Origin: Camelus dromedarius
Taxonomy: Eukaryota
NCBI RefSeq assembly: GCF_036321535.1
Contig: NC_087437.1
Span: 29,700,001 to 29,764,000 of the forward strand
DNA: 64,000 nt
Reading direction: 5' to 3'
In this document: positions 12,400 to 23,879 of the stretch, piece by piece
Position numbering within the stretch: the stretch's first letter is position 1
Layout: every line of letters starts with the position of its first letter
Position numbers and translations under genes: made by a program
The notes under the pieces: model-generated
What the model was told of the DNA's origin: nothing
What the model saw: the letters and a program-made list of their open reading frames with translations, nothing else
Database searches by the model: none

Positions 12400-13305
12400 C
12401 ATAGCATTAAATGGATAAGGGGAAGTTCTCCATAAAGAAGAATCCCAGCTAACAAATGAAGAAGGAATAGAATCAACATTTTGTAACTCCTAACTAAAAA
12501 TTTGATTCAGACAGTGGTCATCAACAGATGCCAAAATTATCAGGGGCTATACTAAAGGAAAACTTTATAGTGAAAGGATCAGAGTGTCATCCCCTGAAAG
12601 TTGTGAATTAATCTTAGCATAAAAATGGGACACTATCTGCATCCTACATTGGGCGAATGAAGTACACATGCCATATATGAAGTATTTGGGTTCAAAAAAT
12701 TAGAATCTGACTTTAGATCTAAATTTAAGTCTTCCAATAGGAGAAACAAGTTAAACTACACCACGAAAATGCAACAGTCAAACCCAGGAAGTGAGATTTT
12801 GTACAGGTCCATGGACGAGATTTCTTCAATATGCCAATGGCTTGAAAAAAATGAGTATTGGGCAGATGGGGGAGAGAGGCTTAAGATAAATAATAACCAT
12901 AAGCAATGTGCCAGCTCTTATATGTAGATCCTAATTTAAACAAACTGTAAAAAGACATTTTTAAGAAAATCAATGAAAGTTGAGTATTATATAATATTAA
13001 AAAAATTTATAAATTTTATAATATTGCCATTGTAGCAATATTAGAAAATATTCCAACATTTTTGGAAATTAATGTTAAAATATTAAGAAGTGAAATGACA
13101 TAATGTTTTGTATTCATTTTAAACTACTCCAGCCAAAAAGGAGAAAAGGTGGGGAGAGGTGGCAGTGATGGGGAAAAGAAATGAAATAAATATAGCTGAC
13201 TGTTGACAATCATGAAAGTTGTGTAATCAGTATAAGGGTACACAGGACTATTAGCTCTACTTACTTGTATATTTGGAAATTTCCATAATAATTTTTAAAG
13301 ACAAA
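12400..13305 (+). mobile_element. Old L1 3' UTR (L1MC/L1ME-like)
   Basis: gaagaatcccagctaacaaatgaagaagg near the start; terminal tctactttacttgtatatttggaaatttccataataa followed by an A-rich tail. Confidence 0.7.
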
Positions 13306-14158
13306 AAAATTTATTTTCTAAGTTTCATGAGGTTTTTCTTTCCCATTCTTGGAAAGAATGAGAAAATTGGAGACTTTATAATGTGTTTAAGAACATGACT
13401 GCAGAATGGTTCAATTATAAATACAGCACACACCTTGGAATTTATTCATAATTAAATGAGAAATATGTGGCAATTTAGAACCTCCGTTATGTGAAAGGAA
13501 AGAAATCATTATTCCTTCTCTGATAAATGTTGACTGTTCAGTGATGCTATTGTTGTATTAACATAGAGCAAATGACAGAAGAATATGTTTCCTTTAATAA
13601 AACCCTATTATTCTATTTGTAAAGAAGTGATTGTATCTCAGATGTCTAGCCCCAAGATGAAACTGTCTAGCATCATTAAAATTCTAGCCCAATCTGCCTT
13701 TTAATTAAAACTCCCTTTAAAATATGCAAGGGGAAATTATACTTTCATAATCCATTTATTGCATATCAATTTCCCAGAATAATCCTTTGATTATATATTT
13801 GTACTAATTTCCGTGTATATATAATATGTAATATATATTTGAATACTTTGACAGAATTTTTAGGTGATGTGTCATAGTATTGACTAGAAACATCATTGAT
13901 ACCAAATTTGGAGCTACAGAGTAGAAGATGTAACCATAATATTAGTCAGGGCCCCATGTGTCCTGTCCTCAGCTGTGAGTCATATCTATATCTAAATATG
14001 CAATCCAGGTCTCAAAACTAATTTCAAATGAACTTCAATTTTTTTAGTTACATCTCTCAAGAAATATCAAGAATCTAATTCACAGTTCATGACAATGCTT
14101 GTTAAAATTTGCTCTCTTCACCTTCCCTCAGTCTCTCATAACCCCTAGATTCTCTGGA

Positions 14159-14356
14159 CTTGTGCTATCCAATAAAGTGGTCATACATGGCTATTTAAAT
14201 TTAAATTAATTAAAATTGAGTGAAATTTAAAAGTTCCTCAGTCTCTCTACTGGCATTCATGTACTCAGTAGTCACGTGTAGCTAGTGATGATGTTGTTGG
14301 ACATTTCAGGTGGAGAACAATTTCATAATTGCCGGAATTTCTATTGGACAGCTCTG
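14159..14356. mobile_element. MER3 hAT-Charlie MITE
   Basis: Inverted termini gtgctatccaata / tattggacagctctg and the internal atttaaatttaaattaattaaaatt motif. Confidence 0.8.
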
Positions 14357-17300
14357 CTCTAGGGCCTCTCCTTCAACATACCACCAAATTCTTTCTGACA
14401 CCCGCCCAAGATGCCATCTGTCACCCCCCAACTTCCTCAGATCTTTGAAATGAAATGGCAAACACTCTGTTTCAACCCTTTCTCCTTTTCTTCCACATCT
14501 CAGATCACCTCCTTCTCTACTATTTTTTTTTTTAATTTTATATCACAGATCGATGCAGGGATTGAGCTGACAAAGACAGAAAGCTCTCTAAGAGAGATGT
14601 AAGCATGGAATCAGGCAGGAAATATTTATATGTTAAGACACCTTTCCACAATCACATCGATATAGTAATTACTATTATGTACTAAACATCTTCTGATGGA
14701 CTCATTTCTGGTGCTCGTAATAGTCCTTGAGAATGAAAATTACTTTCATTTCATTTAAAAAACAAAAACCTGGGGCTTGGAGAACTTCAGTCTGTTACGT
14801 ACAGTGGTCCAGCTAGGAAGGAGTTAAGGCCGGAGGTAGACACATTATTTCCTAAATATAAGACCTGTGTTCTCTCTGCTCCATCACACTGAAAAACAAT
14901 TTCTCTCTGAAGATATAAAAATGGACATTCCCATGGCAACACAAAAAGACAAGGGTAAAATTCCCAAAGATATCCCTTAGATACGCTAAATGAGAAGCCT
15001 CTGCCACACGTACATTTTTAAATAAACTCGTTGAGGAAAGAAAAACCTGCTTGATCATATCCCAGCATAGTCTAGCCATGGGCATTTTAAAGATTCAAAA
15101 TTCATTATGAAAATGACTAAGAAATGCTTTCCACTTTGGACTTCAACACTTTCCAACTCTTCTAGTTTGGCCTTAAAAATAAGTACAAAATGTATAATCA
15201 AATAAGCAGATGGAAAAATGCCAGTTTAACCCTCATTACTGATAGTCTATGCAAAACCATCTGATTTTAATCTCCCCACTTGATTTACCTCATGCTTTAA
15301 AAATGCGTCCAGCCCCTGAGGAATAAATACAAAACGAGGATAGTATTATATTCTAGGGTTTCCCAGAAATTCAAATGTGGGCATTACCAGTTTGCTATAA
15401 AAATCGAAATAGGAAGTATTTTAATTCCACAAGCAGAAGCATAAAACTAACTTATTTCCCCCTCAGAAATCACATTAAAAAATATTTTCCTTTTCTGGAA
15501 TTTAAGGAGAGCTTGGTTTAGAAAAATACAATGATGCATTTAGAAGAGAAAATGGGAAGATAGTCCTTGCTAATCTCTCCATTTTCCTTTTCCCAGTTCT
15601 TCAGTATATTTCCATTTAGTCAACAGTAAACTTGTTTTTTAGAGTGGAAATTGGACCAAATTCCAGCCCAGAGTAGTGGTATTTTTCTCTTCCTAGCTTA
15701 GGAAGTGTATGTGTATCTCTAGACAGACTTTTACATACATTATTTAATCAAGCTATACAACGGTTTTGCATGTAAAGTGAATTTTGGGAATTATATTCAC
15801 TAGTGTCTGAGCTCTCTTTACAAGCACTATATGTGGTTTCAAATATTAACAACTGTTGAATGGGAAGTAATATGATTTTCAAATACTCTATCTGTTCAGT
15901 GGAGAAAGTATAGATTTTACTGAATCTTAATAGACTGAAGAATTAATTTATTCTACTCTTAAACATGGAGTATCACAGAACCAAAATAAGAAAAAGAGAC
16001 TTAAACACTGAGATGAGACCACTACAATGACTTTCAGGGTAGAAAGAAACCTCATGTCAGCTGTCGTTGTATCTGTATGTCTTTTCACGGTCTTTTCTGT
16101 GTTTTAACTTAGCTAAACCTGAAATATTTTCCAACTCTACTGCCCTGGTTTTGCAATTAGCAAAGCATTCAATCCTCAGGATTTGTGAACAAGCTTTCTA
16201 ATTAGTCCACAAACTATAGAAATAGGTTCTAATGGTTGTCTAGAAGTAGAAATAATAGAACATCACCAAAGTGAAAGCTCAGTTACTCTCACCCTCTTTC
16301 CAGGTCCCACTCAAATGTCACCTCCTCTCTTCCCTGACACCTGCAAAGTGGCATCTCCTTCCCTTCAATCTGCCATTATCATGTATGCCAAATCTAATGC
16401 ATTCATGAAGAAAAGGAGTTTATTCCCAGGTAATAGCAGAAGAATTGACTAGAAGGCTAGAGATGAATGGTTCAGCAAAGATCAGCAATTAAGTCATCCA
16501 GTGGGATCAACAATTTTATAAACACTGTCGGTCCTTAATTCACTCTGGAAGTCAGGCTGGTCCTAAGAAATGCAGAGCACCTGGATTTACAGCTCCCCAA
16601 AACTGCAAGGGAAAAATAATTCTAAAGCCAGAATCAGGCACTGCCCTGAAATGAGGGGGAAGGCAGAATGAGCAAACATCCACTGCACCATTCATTTGGC
16701 AATTCATCAGGCTCTGCCTAACAATGCCCTCTGGTTTTCATCTTCAAATGCTATTTGAATTGCATTTTATTATGTAACTTTTGATTAATTTACTTACATC
16801 TTATTTGTCCTACTAAATTGTTAGCACTTCAAAGGCAAAAATAACATGTCTTTAAATCACTTCCAGTGCTTTGTACAAAGCAAGTGCTCAATAAAATTTT
16901 ACTGATTTAAGACTAGAAGTTATAATATCTTAAAGGTATGTTTTATATCACCATAAAATCACTTTCTAGGTTCTTCAGCCATTTATTTTGGAAACCCCTT
17001 TAAAAGCCAGGTTTTTGATATTTGCAGCTGTTTTTTTCTTTCAACAGTATTTGATATTTCCTTGGCAAGAGAGGCTGCTGGAATAGTTGCTGAGTATGGG
17101 AAGAATGTGTCAACAAATGAGCTTAGCATTCACATAGGGCTTATTTAAATCTTAAATATTTACTTAACACTCTGAAGATATCAGTTATTGCCAAGTAATG
17201 AGACTATGCCCAATAAACGAAAGGATCTGAGCACCAAGAGTCAAATTATGTCAGACTGCTTTCAATTCTGCACTGAAAATACTTCAAATTAGACCAGGTT

Positions 17301-17619
17301 CCAACTATCTGCAGTGAACAAAAGGCTCTGCACAAGTGGTTTATCAAGCAGAACCCAGAGCTTGTTTCCTGCAGCTGTCCCTCACAGGCACCCGTGGGCT
17401 GCAAGGCAAGTCATGGAAACATGATGCCTGCCTTTGACACTAACTGGCTTTTTCCCTCTGGGTACCATTTGTTCCCTTTGGTCTTCAGCTTCCTCTCCCA
17501 TAACAGAAAGATGCTAGACCAGAAAGTCTCCATGGTCCCTCCTGACTCTGTTATTGTCCAGGTCTGTGTATCTAAGTCTCCCATCTTCAAAACAGCACCA
17601 AAGCATACTTTATACCTAA

Positions 17620-17890
17620 TAATAATAATAATGTCTAACATTCACTGAGTCTACACTATGAACTAAGCTGACAGTTTTACATAGCTGTTATTATTATTTA
17701 GCCCAGTCATATCAGGTAGCTGCTAACCACCGCCATTTTCTATGTGGAAAAAAATGAAGCTAATAACTGTACATGAGAAACTTAAGTTGCAACTAAGTAA
17801 CAACTTACTAAGAGAGCAAAACTAAAAAGGTTTTGGGTAAGGACTTATATCCAACTCTAACTCACTCCAGAGCGTGAGCTAATAGTTGCG
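17620..17890 (-). mobile_element. MIR SINE, degenerate
   Basis: taataataatgtctaacattcactgagtctacactatgaactaag resembles the antisense MIR 3' end. Confidence 0.55.
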
Positions 17891-18251
17891 ACAGTCTTGC
17901 AAATGCCCAGTCACCATACGGCAGCCATGTTAAATCAGTAGACCAGAGAGATCTACCTTAAGGTACTGACTGGAGGCAGTGTTTCAGAGCATTGAGCACA
18001 GATTCATCAAATGTCCACAACCATTTTAATACCAGAACACAGATCCTTTTTTGTCATAGTACTACATTTCCTCATAGTAATTCCTTCACTTGTCACCACC
18101 ATGTTCAAATGCATGGACTGTGAAAGAAGAGTAGGTGAGAGACCACCACTCAGCCCACCATTATCCATGGAATGTCTATTTCCATGGGTTGTATCTGTCT
18201 GGATTGAGTTAGGAGACTTCAGTCTCAATTGCTTAACAGCAGTGGCTAGTC

Positions 18252-18498
18252 AAACTCAACAGATTTAGAAAACAAACTAGTGGTTACCAGTGGGGAGAGG
18301 GTAGGGGAAGGATGGGGGTTAAGAGGTGCAAACTGTTACATATAAAATAAACAAGCTACAAGGATATATTGTACAACCCAGGGAATATGGCCAATATTTT
18401 ATAAAAGCCATAAATGGAGTATAATCTTAAAAAATTGTGAATCACTATTGTATATCTGTAACATATAGTACATCAACTATGCTTCAATTTAAAGAAAG
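18252..18498 (+). mobile_element. L1 3' end (artiodactyl-type)
   Basis: cagatttagaaaacaaactagtggttaccagtgggga...aaggatatattgtacaacccagggaatatggccaatatttt...caactatgcttcaattt; same family as 56556-56742. Confidence 0.85.
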
Positions 18499-18728
18499 TA
18501 GTTGGTTTTTATAGGTGATATCTCTGGAAGGGAAGATCAAATCTCTGTTTGATTACTCTATTGGCTGAAGCAGGAACCTTACCTTAAACAAAATTGTACA
18601 AAAGTAGGTTTATTTTTGTCACCCTCATTTTCTCAATACTGCCTACACTTCCCTCTTTCAGTAGTGCTTCTTCACCCTTCTCAGGCTGTATACTCTCATT
18701 CTTCCTTTCAAAACCTGTTCTTGGAAAC

Positions 18729-19421
18729 TGTTGAGACACATAAATGTCCCAAAGTATTTAAGAATGAAAACAATTAGAAGGCATGAATGCTGAGACCATC
18801 TGTGTTAACATGGCTTAATTAAGAATATCGATCAGCTACGTCAACATGAATTAGTTGTCTGTTCCAGGAAACTTTGCCTAAGAAAGATAAAGCTATAAAC
18901 CAACTTTAAAAAAAAAAAAAACTCACAGAGAAAAAAATGTGACAATGAGTGTGTATATGTCCATGAATAACTGAAAAATTGTGCTGAACACTGGAATTTG
19001 ACACAACATTGTAAAATGATTATAAATCAATAAAAAATGTTAAAAAAAAAAAAAAAAACTTCGTTGTTTGCTTCAGGAAATTCCCACAGATAATTATCAG
19101 AGACAAAAGTCTGCTCACCTTGGCAAACATTTGCTTATCAAACCAAGTTTACTTACCAAGGCTTGTTTCAAGACCTTTGTATCACAGGGTCCACCAATTC
19201 TAAGCTATTTTAACATAAACTTTGCCCAGTCCAAATCAGTTCTAAATCTCGAAAGACCTACTTCAAACCACTTTGAGCTCAGACACCAAAGCCCTAAAAT
19301 TGTACCACTTTCTGAGGCACTGCTGGGATTGGTAAGGTGGTGGTCTCCCTTACTACAATGAGTTCTAATAAATTTAGCTTTCCTTTATTAATAGGTTGGT
19401 GATTTGGTGAGATGTCCAACA
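18729..19421 (+). mobile_element. ERV1 solo LTR (MER67-like) containing a short L1
   Basis: Termini tgttga...ccaaca; 3' part aaggtggtggtctcccttactacaatgagttctaataaatttagcttt carries the polyA signal. Confidence 0.7.
18922..19058 (+). mobile_element. Young, heavily 5'-truncated L1 3' end (camelid-type)
   Basis: Homologous to the reverse complement of 32945-33060; intact polyA tail; A(n)CT duplicated on both sides. Confidence 0.9.
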
Positions 19422-20029
19422 GTACTACCTGTAAGATGATATAACCTCTCTCTCTCTAGGTCACAGCAGCCTGGGAATAAAACTTTCAAGTAATATTTCT
19501 CTGACAAGTTAATGGTGAAGACAGAAGTCTGATATGTCCATCTAGTCATAATTGGGGAACCTCAAGTTCCCCCAAATTGCCCACCTGTTTCTAGAAGACC
19601 CTAGGTCTAGATGTACTTGTAAACAAATCTTAGTGTCCACTCACTGCTGGGGCTTATGCTGCCTTCAAACTTAAAAAAAGGAAATGGCACTATAACTGGA
19701 ACCCATTATCCAGCTTCTCCTTTGGCTGTGGAAACTATTGCTCTCTCCTTAAAGTCACTGTCCCTGCTGCCCACCACTTAGATCATTGCTGTTTTAGTCT
19801 TCTGAGGTTGACTGTGTATCCAAAGCTGACCAAAATCACTGCTTGTCATATCACTGCCTCCAGGGCTGAAGTTGGGGAGGATTCCTGGTGAGGGATGCTT
19901 CCAAAACCATGAGGTTACACTGTGTAAGCCATTACCTGCTCCACATACGTATATGACCAGTGGGAGGTCACACATCACATTACTGAGGACCATTTGATCG
20001 GGGAAATAAGCAGAACACAAAGGTTCAAA

Positions 20030-21460
20030 ATAATCATTTATTCACTGATTCCTTCTTTCATTCATACAACAAATATTTAAGTATCTCCTGGCTGTGACAC
20101 AAAGGGGTTCACTAATGTCCTTAAACTGTCCTCACCAAGCCTAACAGCAGGATGAGGAAAGAGATAATGAAACAATGGAAATACTGAATGACAAATTTAG
20201 TGTAGAGAAAGAAGAGAGTGGTATAGGAGCAAAAAGAAGGTAAAAATCAAGGAAGTCTTCCTGGAGCAAACAATCTGTGAAGTTTCAGAAGCAAAAGAGA
20301 ATAGCATATATTCAAGGAACAAAATTTCAGTATGGCAGAGCATATTGTGAAGTGGGAGAATAGGGGATATATGAAGCTGGGGATTTGGAAACAGACCATG
20401 GAAAGTCATGTTGAGGAATTTGGAATTTATTTGCAGGGGAGAAGAAAAAAGACTATTAACAGCTTTAACCAGGGTATAAATCTATCAAATTTTCAGAGTG
20501 GTTACTCTGGAGACATTGTATAGAATGAATTTGAGGGAAGCAAACAGGAGGAAAGAATATCTACTAAGAAGCTATTGAAATGACTCAAGTGAGAAATTAA
20601 GGTTTCCTGAACTAGTGTGCTGGCAGTGATAATGGGGGGGAAAAAGTTGGGACAGATTTGAGAGGAAATAGAGTTGATAGTCCATGGTGATTGGCTGAGG
20701 GAGTGAAGGAGATGGAAAGTCATCATTCTCAACAGATGAATTAGGTCATGTCCCTCAGCTCAAAGCCCTGATATGGCTCCCATCTCACTCAAAATGAAAG
20801 CTAAGTCTTTACAGTGGGCTTCAAGGGTGACAAGTCTATGCAACACAGCCTCATCCTAGCCCTGTTGCCTCAGTGACTTCACCTCCCACAGCCCTCCTAC
20901 AAGCTCACTCTACCTCACCCACTCCAGTGTCCTGCTGTTGCTCAAACATTCCAGGCATGATCTTGCCTTACTGTCTTTGCTTTTACTATTTGTTCTGCCC
21001 AGGTACCAGTATGGTTCACACCCTTGCCTTCTTTGAGTCTTTTTTCAAATATCACCTTTTCAGTGGGTTCTCCCCTGATCATCCTGCTAAACATTTTAAC
21101 CTCCATGACAGTACTACCAAGTTTTCTCCTTAATATGTATCACTTTTTGATTTACAATATACAATAGTTTACTCATTTATTTTGGTTATTGTCTATCTTT
21201 CACTGCTAGAACATAAGCTCCTAAAAGGCAGGGGTTTTTGTCTTGCTTTGTTCATTGCTATATCCCCAATTCCTAGAACAGCCAGTATATAGCAAACACT
21301 CAATTTTTATTGAATGAATTAATAGACAAACTCCATATCTGTAGCCTGACCAACTGGTCAGATGGTGGTTCTGATGGCTGAGATAGAAGTATGAGAGTGG
21401 GGAAGGTTTGCACAGGGAAGCTTATGAGTTTAGTTTGGGATCATTTGGAGGGTCCCCTTG
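20030..21460 (-). mobile_element. L2, interrupted by a second L2 in opposite orientation
   Basis: Starts tcatttattcactgattccttctttcattcatacaacaaatattt; the antisense L2 motifs resume at about 21330 after the nested copy. Confidence 0.8.
20735..21325 (+). mobile_element. L2a-like 3' portion
   Basis: ctcaaagccctgatatggctcccatctcactc...ctagaacataagctcctaaaaggcaggg...ttgaatgaattaat. Confidence 0.85.
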
Positions 21461-22061
21461 CCCAGTACCACAGCTGTAATACTGAAAGTGTGATGCTTTT
21501 ACATAAGTCAAAACCATTAGCAAAATTTCACTTTCTTACAACAACAGAAGCCAAACTCTTCTCTAAGAGAGCAACCTGTAGAGTTACAGAGCTGCTCTCC
21601 CTGATGGGGCATCTGCATTGGTTTCCTGCAAATTAACCAATAACACAGTGAATCATTGTACATCAAAAAGTTGCCAGCAGCCCTGCACTGTTCAGCATGG
21701 CATAGAACATTCAAGTGATGTGGATACTCAGAATAAATACGCTTGGGGATTCTATTTGAGGTCTTGTATATCTTGTATATCTAGACAAAGGATTGGCAAA
21801 TAACCATCAGATATTGTTGAGATAATTTACTCAACTTTTCATCTAGCAAGGGTTAACATTTATTCCCCAAATTATAAGTCAGATATCTAATAAGAGACTA
21901 ATGGAGAGTAAGATGGGTTAAATTGCAGAGAAAATGCTAACAAGGTGGAATTAAATTCTTGGTGCCTATATTTGTTTTCCTCTGTTTCCTTAACGATGTA
22001 GAAACCCTAATTAACTCTAAATAGTGTTTTGCACTCTCAGCTGAGAACAAGTTTTCAAAAT

Positions 22062-22237
22062 CTGTACTTTTCAAACTTTAGCATGCATCAGAATTCCCTG
22101 GAAAACTTATTCTTACTGGGCAGCAAACCCAGAGTGTCTGATTCAGTAGATCTTGAATGGGCCCCAAGAATTTGCAGAACAAGTTTCCAGGTAATGTAAA
22201 TGCTCCTGGTCCAGGGACTACACTTGGAGAACCATTG
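22062..22237. mobile_element. MER5A hAT-Charlie MITE
   Basis: ttcaaactttagcatgcatcagaattccctgg...tctgattcagtagatct...ggactacacttggagaaccattg. Confidence 0.85.
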
Positions 22238-22399
22238 AAAATCAACAAGACTTTCCTGGGCCAATTTGTGAGCCATTTGACCACTTTACCTGAGCTCTTT
22301 GCTGACTCCCAACTGAAGTTGGTTGAATTGAATATCTGAAAATAGAACCACCAACTGGTATAAAATTGGTACAAATTATTTTTTGAACTTCCTTTTATT

Positions 22400-23690
22400 T
22401 AATTGGGTTTAATTCTGACATTTTATATAATATAGGCTGTCAGTTTCTTTTTCTTCTCTTTTCTTTTCTGTAATTTTTGGTTAAAATGGAAGTGAGCATG
22501 TACATTAGCGTGATGGGATTAAGGTTGTTCATTGCTGAGCTAAGCACAATAATACTGTGTGCATTATGTTTCCTCTCATATATAACTTTTTGTTTTCTCC
22601 TGAAGTTAGTAATTTCCTCATTTTCATTTGCATGGTTTCCTACAGTTTATCACTGATGTGACAGATCTTTCCAGTGCTTATTGATAATATTTTCCAAATG
22701 ATCAAACACATTGGATAATACAACTTTTTTTTTTTTTTCTTAGAGACCCCACTCCAACTTCCTGCTCTAATCTGACAGGTAGTTTTCTGGGCTGGCTGAA
22801 CAATTATTATCCAGAATATTCTTTGTCATTTTCCTGTGTTGGATCCACTATTTCTTAATCCCAGTTCTTCCTCCTATTTCTTGACTGACTTTCTTACTTT
22901 GTTAAAGCATGTACTCTAGTCGTATCATTTACAGATAAGGTAAATTTTATGAGTTGTATGCCTGAAAAATTCTGTATTCTTGATTAAATGGGTACAGTAT
23001 TTTAGACTAAAACTTATTTTCATTTCAATTTTTGATGGTTTTGCTATATTGTTTTCTGACTCCAGTGTTTTAAGTGCAAATTCAGATGCTATTCTGATTT
23101 TCTTTTTCCTTTGTATGTGACTCTTGACTTTTCTCTCTTAAACTCTTAGGATCTTCTCTTTCACCACATTTTCTAAACTTCCACATTAATGTGCTTTATT
23201 GTGGATTTTCCTCATGGGTCGGGCACTGAGTGGGCTATTTCAGTCGAACATCTCACACATTTCAACTCAGAAATTTTCTTATATTTATTTGATAATTTCC
23301 TATTTGTGTCTGCAGGACTCCTATTAAGTATATCTTGAAGGTCTTTTATTATTCTTTAAATTTTTTATTTACTCTTTCCAGTGTCCCATCTCTGTCTTTT
23401 TTTAAAGCTTTATAGGTGCTTTTTGCTGCTTTATCTTCAAAGCCTTCTGTTGAATTTTTATTTTAATTCTATTTTATTTTATATACAATTTTATTTTAAT
23501 TATTTTAGTTAAATATTTATTATATATTTAATTTCTAGGAGCTCTTAGTCTCTTTCAGAGCATCCTCATATCTTTGAGATCATTAATTATGACTTGGATA
23601 TTCTTTGCTGCTTCATGTATTATTTCTTTTTCATCTAACTTCTTTTGGTCATAATTTGATTTCTCTCTTTCATTTGGAAGCTATTTCTCT
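22400..23690 (-). mobile_element. Old L1/HAL1-like fragment
   Basis: T-rich sequence with antisense ORF1-like motifs (aaattcagatgctattctgatt, caggactcctattaagtatatcttg). Confidence 0.6.
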
Positions 23691-23694
23691 ACGT

Positions 23695-23879
23695 CAGCAG
23701 ATCTCAAACATTAACCTGCATCAGAATCATCTGAAAGGTTAAAACACAGATTACAGGGCCTCATCCCCAGAATGTTTGATTCAGTAGGGCTGGGATAGGG
23801 CCAGAGAATTTGCATTTCTAACAAATCTCCTGGTGCTGCTAATACTTCTTGTGCAGGGACCAAACTTTGAGAACTGCTG
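23695..23879. mobile_element. MER5A hAT-Charlie MITE
   Basis: cagcagatctcaaac...gcatcagaatcatctg...agaatttgcatttctaacaaatctcc...ctttgagaactgctg. Confidence 0.9.

Noticed and set aside
18163..18190. Stem-loop ccatggaa / ttccatgg
   Set aside because: An 8-bp stem is too short for a pre-miRNA and is expected by chance in 64 kb.
18577..18612. Minus-strand ttttgtttAAG|GTAAGG as a recursive splice site
   Set aside because: The AAG acceptor and interrupted pyrimidine tract are weak.
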